The position numbers and the translations under genes were made by a program. Positions 24,701 through 35,902 of a stretch of 64,000 nucleotides of DNA are shown piece after piece. Below the pieces are notes generated by a model, which did no database searches, was not told where the DNA came from, and saw only the letters and a program-made list of their open reading frames with translations. The DNA is from Raillietiella orientalis (lineage: Eukaryota): assembly GCA_036172245.1 (NCBI GenBank), contig JAYWIR010000016.1, forward strand, positions 248,001 to 312,000. Direction: 5' to 3'. The first letter of the stretch is position 1. Every line of letters starts with the position of its first letter.

Positions 24701-27700
24701 TCCCCTCTCCACGCACAGTACGGCATTCGAGGGAACACGCGGTGCTCGGCTTCTACCCACCGCATCTTCCTCGCATCTGGAGCGCGGACCCCATCGTTCC
24801 CCCCCCCTTTGCCTTGGACCAGAAGTAGAACTCACTCACCCATCTCTCACGTAGGGAATCGATCGATTCGAAGAGCATTCAGGGGAACGTATCATGCACG
24901 CGGTGGTGGAATTTTGGGCCTCGTCTTTTATGGGCATCCGCATGCGATGCCATCTGTTGTATTCATCAGAAACACAAGGAGGATGTCCATTGGGGAGGAG
25001 GGGGGGGGGGGTTCGAACGCCGAGTGCTTTCGCATTACGCGTCGTTTTTGTGCTGCAGGAACTTGGTTGCCCGGTCCACCGTTCGTGGGAGTGGTCTTGC
25101 GCGGATGTGCTGGATGCCGGCGTCCCGTGATGCTGCTCGGATTCCTAGCGCCTGGATGGATTCTGCAACCCCCCCCTCCCCCCTCTAATGTGATCCCTGC
25201 CATCGATCGCATTTCGAAGACTTCGAGACATGCCATTTTGTAATGCGGGTCCGTGGCATTCGTTTCATGCTGCATGCGCGTGCGCAGAGCGGGCCAGGCG
25301 TGTGCACCCGTCCTCCAGGGGTAGTGGTTCCGGAACACTTGCACGCGGCGGGAACGAGGTGAGATCCAGGATTATTGATTGGTCTTGCTCGTGCCATCGA
25401 CTGTGTCCGTTGTCTTCGGTGACAACCGACTGCTCCTTCCTTCCTCCCTTCGTCGTCGTCGTCGTCGTTGTCGTCATGGCGCTGCCTCGTGGCTGCAGCC
25501 GGGGGATTTTGCGTGTTCGCCCGCGCTCCTGTGAAGCCTCGCGTCTTCTGGAGATTGTTCGCCCGTGCTCGCGTGCTTCGTCCTGGGAAAACCGGCTGCG
25601 CTAGCGATACTCAAAAGGGTGTCTTGCTGACCTTCCAGTCGTGCAGCCAGATAAAGATTTTCGGGTCATGTGTGCGGCATAGAGTCGACGCACGTGTCCG
25701 ACCATTTCGTTTGGAAAGGTTAAAAGGTGGTTGGGCGATTCGCATGCACGGAACGGTGGCACGCGGAATGGGGGCGCCCTGATAAGCTCCTGCTGCCTCT
25801 CTTGGCTTCCGGACGCTGCATCCAGGGTCCTCATTATTCGTTTGCGTTACGTGTGGAGCTTTCACTTGTTCATTTCGGGAGAGTAAATGTAAACAGAACC
25901 CACACTGCTTCCAAAATAATTTTTTTCCCTTTTTTTTTTTTTTGGTCCTTTCGACGCTTCTGTAGCTGCGCACGTCTTCCTGTGACGCCGTGGTATTCCG
26001 CGGATGTGCGGAAAATGCCATGCAAATTTACCTCGGTGACTTTGTGTGTGTGCGTGTGTTGATAAGTGTGTTTTTGTTTTGAGAGGGGGAAGCGAGAAAA
26101 AAAAAAAAAAATTGGAAGCAAAAACGCGTCGCGAGAGGGTTGAATTACTTTTTGTTTTTCTTGGAATCGCGAGAGTAGCAGCAGCAGAAATGCGTCGCAA
26201 GACGTGAACGATCTGCACTGCAAAAGCTATCTGCGTCTCTGAGCACTTTGGCAGCACCGTTTCATTATGCGCCTCAGAGCCATTCAGAGTTTTGAGTAAT
26301 CTTTCGCTGTTCGTCTGAGCTCATGTCGCTCAAAAAAAAAAAAAAAGGCACGACATTTGTCCGATTTGTCACCCCGCCAGTCCGGAAGCGGTTCCGTTCC
26401 AGGGCCCGGGAAGTGGTGCACGCACACACGAAACACTGCAGCAGACACTGCGTTTCCGTGGCCGGGGGGCTGCTTGCTTGACTGCCCGGTCCTTTTGCAG
26501 CCTCGGAGCATCGCGAGCACTCTCGGAGGAGGAGCGTGGCTTTCGGGGTTCACCGTTCCAGGAACGGAGCGACGGACAACCAGGCAGACATCTGTTTTTC
26601 GCATCCGCAGGGGGAGATCGTGCTCTTTCCAGCGTCTTGTGGTCACGGATTCCGTTGCAAAAAGACCCGGTGGTTGCCATCTGGGAGGAAGCAGCTTCCC
26701 CGTGAGAACCTTTTTGAGCTCAAGGATTGATGGGAGGGTATCTGCGAGCCTGAGGTCTGAGGTCTAACTGCACGCGAGCCGCCTTTCGCATTCAAGGTGG
26801 TCGCGAGTCCGGGGGACTTCTTAGCCCCTAAGGAAAATCGCGATCCCAGCACGGGGGATCGGTTGCGTTCGCTGTTTCCCGAAGTGTCCCGAACCTGAAC
26901 CTGCACTGTGGCCCTTGGGTTTGCTCTCTCACCGGATGAGAGAGTACTGCTCCTCTTGATGATGATTCGTTTGCAGGCTCACGTCGGCCAAAGAACGTCC
27001 GTGACGCTCGCGGTTACCGCATGCAGCTCTCGTTTCAACTCTTCTCGTCCCCCTCCCTCCCCCCCCCCGCAATTCATTCACGACACTTGCAGGCACCCTT
27101 TCATGCGGGAAGCGAATTTTTCTGCGATGCGTATATTAAAGCGGAATACCTCTTTATTTATAGATGAGTACACCAAGATTCAGACTCCGAGACATGACAT
27201 GCTGTTCAAAAAAGGATGGTACAATCGTCTGCGGAAGAGCTCTCCCGAGGATGGCTTGTGTTTGAAGAACGAAGACGTTCCTCCGGGTAAGCAAACAGCT
27301 GGGATTTTTGTTTCCTCCGCACGAAATTGTTTTGACCGGGCCACCATCTACCGCGAAGCACGAGAGGGACACTCTTTTTCTTTGTGCCTGATCTCCTGTC
27401 CCCCTCCTCCCCCCCGGAAAAATTCGTGTTTCGATGTAGATGGGAACAAAATTAGGTGTATAAAAGAATCGTTCCACTCCGAGTGTCCGATGGCGTGCGC
27501 ACCGAGCAACCTATCGTGTATGTGACCTTCGTGCGTGTGCGTTACAATTTTACTCGTTGATGGCGAGGTCCTCCGATCTTTGCCTACTTTGAGAAAGCGA
27601 AAGAGGAACTCTTTCTTTCCCAGTCCAATGAAGGCCTCATCGACCGGCGTCGTTCCTGTGCACACCTTTGCTTCGAGCACTGGAGTCTCCCTTGCTCCTC

Positions 27701-30700
27701 GGAGGTGTGTGCGGGCACCATGTGCCGGTGAGCAACACGCTCAACCCTTGCGCGCCCTCGGCCGACCACACCACACGGGTTCGATCCTCCGTTCCTCTTT
27801 TCGTTCGATGCCCTCTTTCTCTGGTGCAGGGCGTTCAGGAGGTGCTCAGAGTGGTTGCTTTCAGCACTGTTGCCGCGGGGGCTTCCGAAGAGAAGACGTT
27901 CCAGGACCACCACTGTTGGGGCGGCCGCATAATGGTGGCGTAACTCGTGCTGGGAGCACACAAAGTGCTGCTAAAAATCGAACCAGCTCAAGTTCACGGT
28001 CCGAGGAATCAGCATGTAAGATACGGGAGTCTGGATTCGGCGCAGCTCTCATCGCATCCGCGTCTTCGGATGCTTTCGTTTCCTCTCGTGGCAACGAACC
28101 TTTTCCATTCTTTTAAAGTGTTTTCTTGCGAGGAAAGTGGAAGGCAGCGGCGCTCCTATTTCACGCTCTGGCAGCAGAGAGAAATGTTGCATCGTTTCAG
28201 GACTCTTGCTGTGATGACAGCTTTGCCAGCATGCTCTTTCTCTCTCTCTCTCTCTCGATGTTAAGCGGGGGTGCGCCCGACGTTTGTCCTAAGGCACGGA
28301 AGTGCAAGAACGAAGAAGGCCCAAGAACACGTTGACATGACTTGTTGAGACACCCGTGTTCCTCTTCTTCGACTCCGTTTAGAGGCCGAGACACAAAGAT
28401 GAAGGCAGTCGTGATTCGGTAGTTGGGACGGGAGAGAGAAACCTGAAGTTCGCCGATCCCACTGCAGTCGAGACTTTTCGATCCGTCCTCAGGGCTGCTT
28501 CGCGTAGGTTCGGGAACAGCGAAGACCTCCGTGTCCAACCACCCAACTCGCCGATGCCTTTTGAAATTTGGACTCGAGTGCTCTTACGTGGATCCAGATG
28601 CTGCGTGCACTCCGCGATCAATCATCTCATTGTTTTCTTAGCCCAGTTTTTTCTTTTTTTTTTTTTTTTTGCTCTGTGCCTTTTTTTAGATACAGTAACG
28701 TCGTGAGGATCGTAAAAAGGTCTCGTAGGATTTATCACTAAGGACTCTTCTTTTAAAATCGCTTGTAAAATTCTCGATCGCTCCACGTGCGTTCCGCTTC
28801 ATCTAATTCCAAAATCTCGAGGCGGACGATTCTGGATTCAAGAGTTCCGCAGAAGAGTTTCCAAGAATGCGATCTTCGAGGCGAACGCTTTTTTTTTTTG
28901 TCTCCTCAGAGCGTTGCCTCATGGCGACATGCATGAAGTTTACCAAATACCCTAAACTTATTCCAGGAAACCCACTTCCTCGAAAAGGGCTTCGGATGGT
29001 CCCCCTGTGCTGCTGCAACTTGGACAGTCATGTTGGGTGCACTTCAGCGGGGCATCCGTGGCATTCAGGCGGTCCTTTTGTTTTTGTTTTCGCCGTAATT
29101 CGTGGGGAAGGCATCAAGGGAAGAATAGGCCTAGCCGTCCTTGTGGGTTTTTATAGGGTCGCAAACACGAACTTTTTATTGGTCGAGGAACGTAGGAAGA
29201 GTTTTAGCAAGGAGTACGTCCTTTTTTCACTGAAGAGCGTAAAGCCCATGCGGTGAGCGTAAAGAAGCTTTGGTTTAAGAAATGAGGGGGACACGCATTG
29301 ATGGCGAGGATGGTGCTGGTGGTGGACAACGAGCCTCCCTGGGTATTGGGAAGTGGTCCCCATTATTGCTGGCATTGTTCCTCTTCGATCAAGGACATTT
29401 CCGGGATTCGAATGCACGTTCTTCGGTCGATCTCCTCCTTCCGCGTGGCCTTTGTTTTCCCTTCCGCACGTGCGTTGCGTCTCGGAGACGACCGCAGCGC
29501 AGCCGCCGACATCCGTCCCATCTCCTCGTGTGCAAATTCGGCATGTGTTGGTGACCAAGAACCATCCATTCGCGTATGGTCTCTTCGCAGGTGCCTTCGT
29601 ATGTTACAGCGCGAAGGAGGTGACGTGTTCTAAGCTTCTCACGTGACACCTTCGTCAGCCGTTTGCTTGGAACCGAGAATTTGGGGCGCTCTGCATTCAC
29701 GGTCCCGTTTGCTCCGTGGGGGTCCACAACGCAACCGGAGAATGTTTTCCCCCTTCGCGTTCGTTCTCCGAGCCGTTCGAGGCTGGCCGTTTCTGTTTGT
29801 TAGGTTAGGTGGCCACGGCCATGGCCAGCAGGCAGGCGGCGACCCAAACAGCAGTTGCGCTTCTTCGTCTTCTCCACCGTGCTTCCGACGGCGCAGCATC
29901 ATGCGAGGAATCATCATCTGCTGCTGCTGCTTCTGTGCACCTGTGCAGGCTGTTGGATCAGCTGAAAATGCGTTTCGCTGGCGCGGATCTCGTCGGTAGG
30001 AACTTGAGCTCGGCTTTCTTAGCTCTGCGAAATAGGCAGTGGGCAGTAGGTCAGCCTTCCTTTACCGCGCTGAGTTTGCGAAGACGGTGCGCACAGAGGA
30101 AAGGTGCGAAGTGGTGAGCAGCCAAGCTCTTCCCAGTGTTTGGAGGGAGGCCCTGAGGTCGTCAGGAAACTTCGACTGCGGTCCGCCCGGGTGCTTTTTC
30201 GAGCGCGAGCAGAGCTCGTGGTGCTGTTGCGTTCGGCTCCTTCGAGGCGGTCCGCGTGCGCGCTGCTGGACCCCAGGGAGGGGCGTGTCATTTCGACGCG
30301 TATCTCCGAAAGCTACCGGCCGAAGCCTCGTAGAGAGACGCAAAATGTCCTTCGGAAAAGAAGGAGAAAAAACTCCGTTGCCCCCGACTTTTCGGCTGCG
30401 GTGCAAAAAGGTTCCTTCGGAACCCAGAAGCGCAGTCGGCGCCGATCCCCGTTCTCGGGTCTCCGCCGAGAGTTAGAGGGGGTGCGTTCCGCTCTTTTCG
30501 AGGTCTGCGTAGCACGTGGCAACTCCTCGGTGAGAATGGTTCTCTCCGGGCTCGGGATCGTCTCCAGCCCAGTGGAACCGTCGGCGGCTTCGGCATCGCC
30601 CTGCTGCAGAGTCAAGGCCGTCGGCCTGCAGCTAAGGGATGGGAGGAAAATGCTGGAAGATAAGAGGATTCTCACTGGAATGATTTCAGCACACCTGAGC

Positions 30701-33700
30701 GAGTCTTCGGACCAAATGCCCGCCGTGGTTGAGGATCTTCCCTTGGACGAGTATGTGGTCGGCTCGATACCGCATTATTTCGCCTCCCCGGAGGTCTACA
30801 GCTACAGTCCACATGCTGGTTACTGTACAGGTAAAGAAGTGGCTCTGGGGATTTCGGGGGGCTGCAGCCTCCCCCGCAAGCATCCGAGCAGCAGCAGCGG
30901 CGTAGCGTAAGGGGAGGACAGGGGGAGGGGATGCTGCCGTTGCCGCTGCCGCTGCCTCGTCCCCTAATGTAATGAGTTGTGGGCAGTCGTCTTCGGTCCT
31001 TTTCGATCTCGCGTCACCCCAGACGGAAAGAGTTCGGCAGGGTTGCAGAAGCACTTTGCTTCCGCTGCTGCTTCCAGACTCCCATTCCTTCATTCGAGGC
31101 TCCCTCCTTTCCCCCTGCTCCTCATTCGTTCCACTAGGCGCGTTCCCGATTTTGGGATGAAGCCATTCGAGTAGACGTCAGGCGTCAAAGGTCCCCCCCA
31201 AAAAAGAAGAAAAAGAAACGGAACTCACACCGTGGTTTTCCCTGTCGCTCTGCGATCGCTGCGTCTGTCACGCATGCATTCCGAAGAGCGTCGCCGAAAC
31301 TCCAAAAAGGCGCGCAGGGCGAAAAGTGTTTCCTAAAGGTCCTCCCTCCGAGATGACTCGCAGCATTGAAGGAGAAGAAGGAAAATGCCGGACGATCAGA
31401 TATGGAGTCTCATCGAGCTCTCTCGCACGTGTCTCCGACGTGAAGCTCACTCGTGCCTCGAGGCGCTCCGATCGCGGGGCCCTATGGACATCGGGGCGCG
31501 CGGGGTGCAACGTGGTCGTATAAGCAGCAGCACATTCCCCCCCCCCCAGGTTCCGGTGGTTGCTGTGGCTGCTGCATCTGCCTTTTTTTTTTTTTCTTCC
31601 TGCCTTTTTTTGCTGCAGCTCTGTCCCGCGACGTTTCGTCTGCTGCCCCTTCGGAGATCATGGTGTGCCACTAACATCCGTGACCCGTTTCCTAGCGCTT
31701 TTCCGTCTCGTCTCGAGAGGCAGCCGCTGTCGGCAGGAAGCTGGGAAATCCCGTCGAGAGGAGAAAAAAAAAAAAAAAACACACTTCCCATCAGTAGTGT
31801 GCCCTCTTCAGAAAGCCGGAACGCGCTTATCTGATCACGCTTTTCTGGACTGCGGGATTGTTCTTCCGTACTCTGTTGCTGCTGCTGCGCGGGCCCCACC
31901 GTGTCTTCCGACACCGACCCTGCATTTCTTGGACGCCGCCACCGTTCGCCGGCGCCGAAGTGAGGAGGTGCGTTCGTGCTTTGGCATTGCCGTTTGCTTT
32001 CTGTTTCGTTCCCCCCTAAGCGCACCAATCTGATTCGAAGAGCTCTCGCCCTTTTAGGAACTCGTTCAGAATTCGTTTTTCATCTCGAAGGTCGAAGCGA
32101 ATGGAAAGCTGCGCGCTATTAATAGAACGTTTAGTAGGTTGATCCGACAAGAGACGAGGAAAGTATTAGCAAGGTGTTTTCGCTTCATTTTTTTGCCCTC
32201 CTAACCAATTCATCTTCGGTGGGAGGTTTTCCCTTTAGAAATGCAATTTTCTGCAATTCCGCCGTGTGAGATGGGACGAAGGGATGCTGAAGGTTCAGTG
32301 CACGGTGTACCCTGCCTTTCGGAGTTTTCACTTGCCTTTATCTCAGCAGGGCTTTGATGTGTATGGACAGTGGCGAGCCCCACTTTTCTTAGCATTAGAA
32401 CTGGCCACAATTCGCACAGGAGCCGGTTCGAATGCTTCCCGGAGCATCCGAGTCTCCTGCAAGCGGAATCGAGGAGCGTCTTTTACGTCCGGGTAGAAGA
32501 AGGGCGGACATACCGGAAGGGTTTCGGTTTCGCCCGCTTGCGAGCAGTCGGGGATTGCGGTCGCGGGTTTCGTGCTGAGGTCCCCCCCCTCCTGCCCCCC
32601 GATGCCAAGGCTTTATCGATGTGCTCGTTCCCCGCGGTTCACGTGTCTGGCACGTAGTGGGCGCTCCATGGAGGGAGCCGCCGTTACTCGCCAGAGTCTG
32701 CACCCGTAGCCAGCGGGATCATCGACAGCAGCACTGCACCAGCCGCGCGCGAGATGAGGAAGAACTTTCTTCTTTACGTGCCGCCCCCCGTGCTGCCTTC
32801 GCCGTCACGCCAACCGCGCGATTCCCAATGGAGGTGGCCTCTGGGACATCTCGCGTGTGGTTCCGTGTCTCACGACGACGATCGCAGCTGCCTCATCTGT
32901 GACCGTCCGTGCCTGCCGTCACTTGGAATGGAAGTTCCGCGTGCCGTGCCCGTGCTGAGGTGCATCCGGGACGAAGGGCTTCGTCTTCCGGCGGATGACG
33001 AAAGCACTTTACCCGCCTGGCTATCTCTGCACGTTCGAGACAAGTGGACCCTGGACCCGTGCTGGAAGGCAGGCAGCTGAGGAAGAAGCGCAGGAAGCGA
33101 CTGGTCTCGAATACTCTGTCAGGGAGTTTCCCATTTTGGCCGCTGCCGGGGAATGGTGCCCGTCGCCGCGTCAGTATCGGAACTGGCCGAGTGATGCGCT
33201 TTGCCTGGACCACAGTTAGGTGGATGGAAGTTCGGCGAGCAAGGGCCTGCCGAAGGGAATTTCCCCGAGCTGGAAAATTTTGCCCCTGCCCCCCCGGCTT
33301 CGGTCCATTCAGGCTTCGGTTTTTGGGTGTGCGTGTCCGGGCGCGCAGCAAGATGGAGGTTGACCTCAAACATGCCAGCAGGCACGGTGGAGCTCTCGTT
33401 CTCGCAGACCTTGTTACATTCTGGGTGCGTCGTGCCCTCTTGGTGGATGCATGCGTCCTTACTTAATCGATGCGTTCCGCATGAGGAACACCTTCCCTGA
33501 GCAGCAGGACCGGAGGGGGTACGGGGGAGGGGCAACGGCGAAGGAGTGGACTGAAGGCATAGGATTCGTGGAGCGAGGGAGGAGGAACGGACTCGGAAAT
33601 CTGCTTTTTTTTTTTCTTTTTCTTTTCCTGGAGCAACGGCGGACCTTGCGGATGGCATTCTCAGAGAGCATTTAAGCTGCGGAGTTTTACTGGCTGGCTG

Positions 33701-35657
33701 GCTGCGCAGCCAGCCATCTTCCTCGATGGGCCGGAAAGCATCTTCGCGAAAGTTTTTCAACAACTTCCCGATACCAGCGAGACGAAAAAAAAAAATCCTC
33801 CGGGATCTGCGTCCGCGATTCCGGTAGTGCAGAAGGAATCGCCCGGTTGGATGGCTATAAAGCGGAAGAGTCCGGTGAAAGGCATTTTTTTTATTATTTT
33901 TTTTTTTTTTTTTTAGCGTTTGTCTCCCGCTTGCCCTGGAGACTTCGATCCACATTAGGGGGAGACGTAGTTTTCCCGGCAGAGGTCGCGTTGGGGCTGC
34001 CCTTTCGCTTCCGTCGATGCATCCGCGCGGATCTGCCGTTTCTCAGCATGCGCGAGGTCGATTGCAGGGATTCCTAGCCGGCGGACGGCGAACGGGAGGG
34101 GAGACCGAGCAAGCAGCGTAGGTGTGCTGCTCCACGCAGGGAGGAGCCTCCTGCACCGGGTGTGGATCCTCCGAGCGTTTGATAGATGGGAGAGCCCGGA
34201 CGGAGCAGGTCACACCTTTTTTTCCCCTTTGGGACATTTGGGTTTCGGAAGATAAATCTGCGCTTGATCGAAGACGAAAAGCTTCGCATAACGGCGAAGT
34301 GGACGACGGCTTTCGGGGCGCCACCACGAACCGCCTCGGCACTTCCACGCGCCCGTGCTCCCGCATCCCTTTTATGCATTAACGCCCTCTTTTATGCATT
34401 TGCTTAAGAATCGAGAATCTGCATCTGGATTTTCGCTAAATCCATTGCCTCATTTGATTAGCCGTGCCTTACCAGTATCCCGACACCTTTGCTCAAACTT
34501 TCTATCCGACGACTCTTCTTGCCCTGCAAGAACCGTACACTGGACAGTGGACGCTCCTAGCTCCCGTGTGGCCTCAGACTGCTCTGGATCACGTGGAATG
34601 GTTCGGGGCGAGCCATCGGTGTGACCATCCTTATTACATGCCGACCATAAGCGAGGCGCGCCACGAAAGTCAGATGGTAATGTTTTCATCGCGGGACTGG
34701 CGCCGCCGGCACTGCGGGGGATGTCTTCTCGTTTCAGCTGTACGGCAGCCCGCAAGAACTCAGCCCCACCTCAAGCAGCCCCATTTCTGCGGTTGTGGAA
34801 GAGCGGTCCGGCGAGTGCAACAACAACGCTGGTAAAGAGATTCGCTAGCGGAGCAGTGCAGAGAGGGCTGCGTTTCCTCCTCAGAACTGTCGCCCGTGGA
34901 CCCAGTCGTCGATCACTTTGTGGATGAAGCGCACGCAGACGGGGAGAACAAGAAAAAAAGGAAGAAAAAGAAGAAAAGGGTACGCAGTCTCCGTACCGAA
35001 GAACCAGTTGCGTATCCGAGTGCTGCAGGGGGACGCTAAAGACGAGCTCCTGATTTTCAGCACGCTGGTGACCGATTTCCTGATCCCGTCCCGAGACAAC
35101 CCGAGAGCGCGTGTCAGAGTGGCGACCCGGGAGACGTGCTCGCACATCCACATTCCTCCCCCTCTTGTGATATTCCTCCTATTCATACTGCCGTTCCACC
35201 ACTGGACAATGGCGTCGTGAGCTGCACCGCTGCGACGCCAAGCGCGATTTCCGGCTACGTGGATGAGATGATTCTGCGGGCGCTGCAGGCCGCCCTTCAC
35301 GAGATTGGGCTGCGCGCCGCCGGACGCGCCAGGAAGGCGGCCGCCGCCGGGAAGCTGCTTGAGGTCCGTCCGCAGGATGGTGGCGCGCCAACGGCCGCCG
35401 GTCCGTGCACGCGGAATCGAAAAGGATCCGAAGATCCGAAGGACAGGCACGGCGGCGACCTCTCGCCCGGGTCGTCCGGCGGTCGCCCGCTCGCGAACGA
35501 CCTCGAGCGAGACACCTTCCGGCGAAGGGTCGGCAGCATCCACGCGGTGGACGCGGCGGCGAAGGCTCCGCCGCACTCCCAGACGGACAGCGGTGTGGGC
35601 TCGGAAGACGAAGTGTACGTGGATGGGGGTGGTTCGGCAAGGTTACATCCACTGTGA
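21756..35657 (+). CDS. Uncharacterised 541-aa protein, 9 coding exons
   Basis: Exons 21756-21804, 23553-23678, 27164-27286, 27830-28015, 30690-30830, 34462-34676, 34738-34831, 34885-34979, 35061-35657. All introns are GT-AG, phases match, and the 1626 nt are open to a TGA. Protein: MGKKSKRKTQWKELLIGEETPKLIEH..VIDNDEYTKIQTPRHDMLFKKGWYNR..a Tyr/Pro-rich middle..NKKKRKKKKKR..HSQTDSGVGSEDE..RLHPL*. Additional exons in the long introns cannot be excluded. Confidence 0.75.
22541..22668. repeat. Alternating purine-pyrimidine low-complexity tract
   Basis: cacgcgcgcgcgcgtacgcatgtg..gcatgcgtgcgtgcgtgtgtacacgcgc..gtgcatgcgtgcgtac. Confidence 0.8.
24001..24081. repeat. (TCT)n(CCT)n compound microsatellite
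   Basis: Uninterrupted pyrimidine tract of about 80 nt, directly visible. Confidence 0.9.
26480..26760 (+). mobile_element. Possible LINE RT remnant
   Basis: LSEEERGFRG (cf. L.EEQ.GFR) is followed by LPRENLFEL (cf. V.R..L...L). The match is weak and frameshifted. Confidence 0.25.
32800..33400 (+). mobile_element. Decayed CR1/L2-type RT fragment in an intron of the plus-strand gene
   Basis: Frameshifted motifs occur in order: SQW/EVASG..GSV (cf. S.W..V.SGVPQGSV), RLPADDE (cf. LFADD), WTTVRWMEV...C (cf. W...W.M.FN..KC), RFLGVRV (cf. LGV). Confidence 0.45.
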
Positions 35658-35853
35658 ACTGATTCGTGTTGACATCTCACCTTTTTTCCTATCGTGTGCC
35701 TTTTTCTGCGGTTCTCGTTTTGCAATCCGAAACTCCCGTTCATTGCCTTATTTATCCCACGTGTACAGTACGATGTTGTGTTTCCCATATCGAGGCGTAC
35801 AAGTACGAGTTGTTTCCCTGTATCATGCTATGGAAAAAAAAAATGATGATGAT

Positions 35854-35859
35854 AATAAA
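35854..35859 (+). promoter_or_regulatory. Probable polyadenylation signal of the plus-strand gene
   Basis: AATAAA about 200 bp after the TGA at 35657, within an AT-rich 3'UTR-like segment. Confidence 0.55.
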
Positions 35860-35902
35860 GTTTCCTCATTGTTATATTGAGAGAGAGGGAGAGAGCTCTT
35901 GC

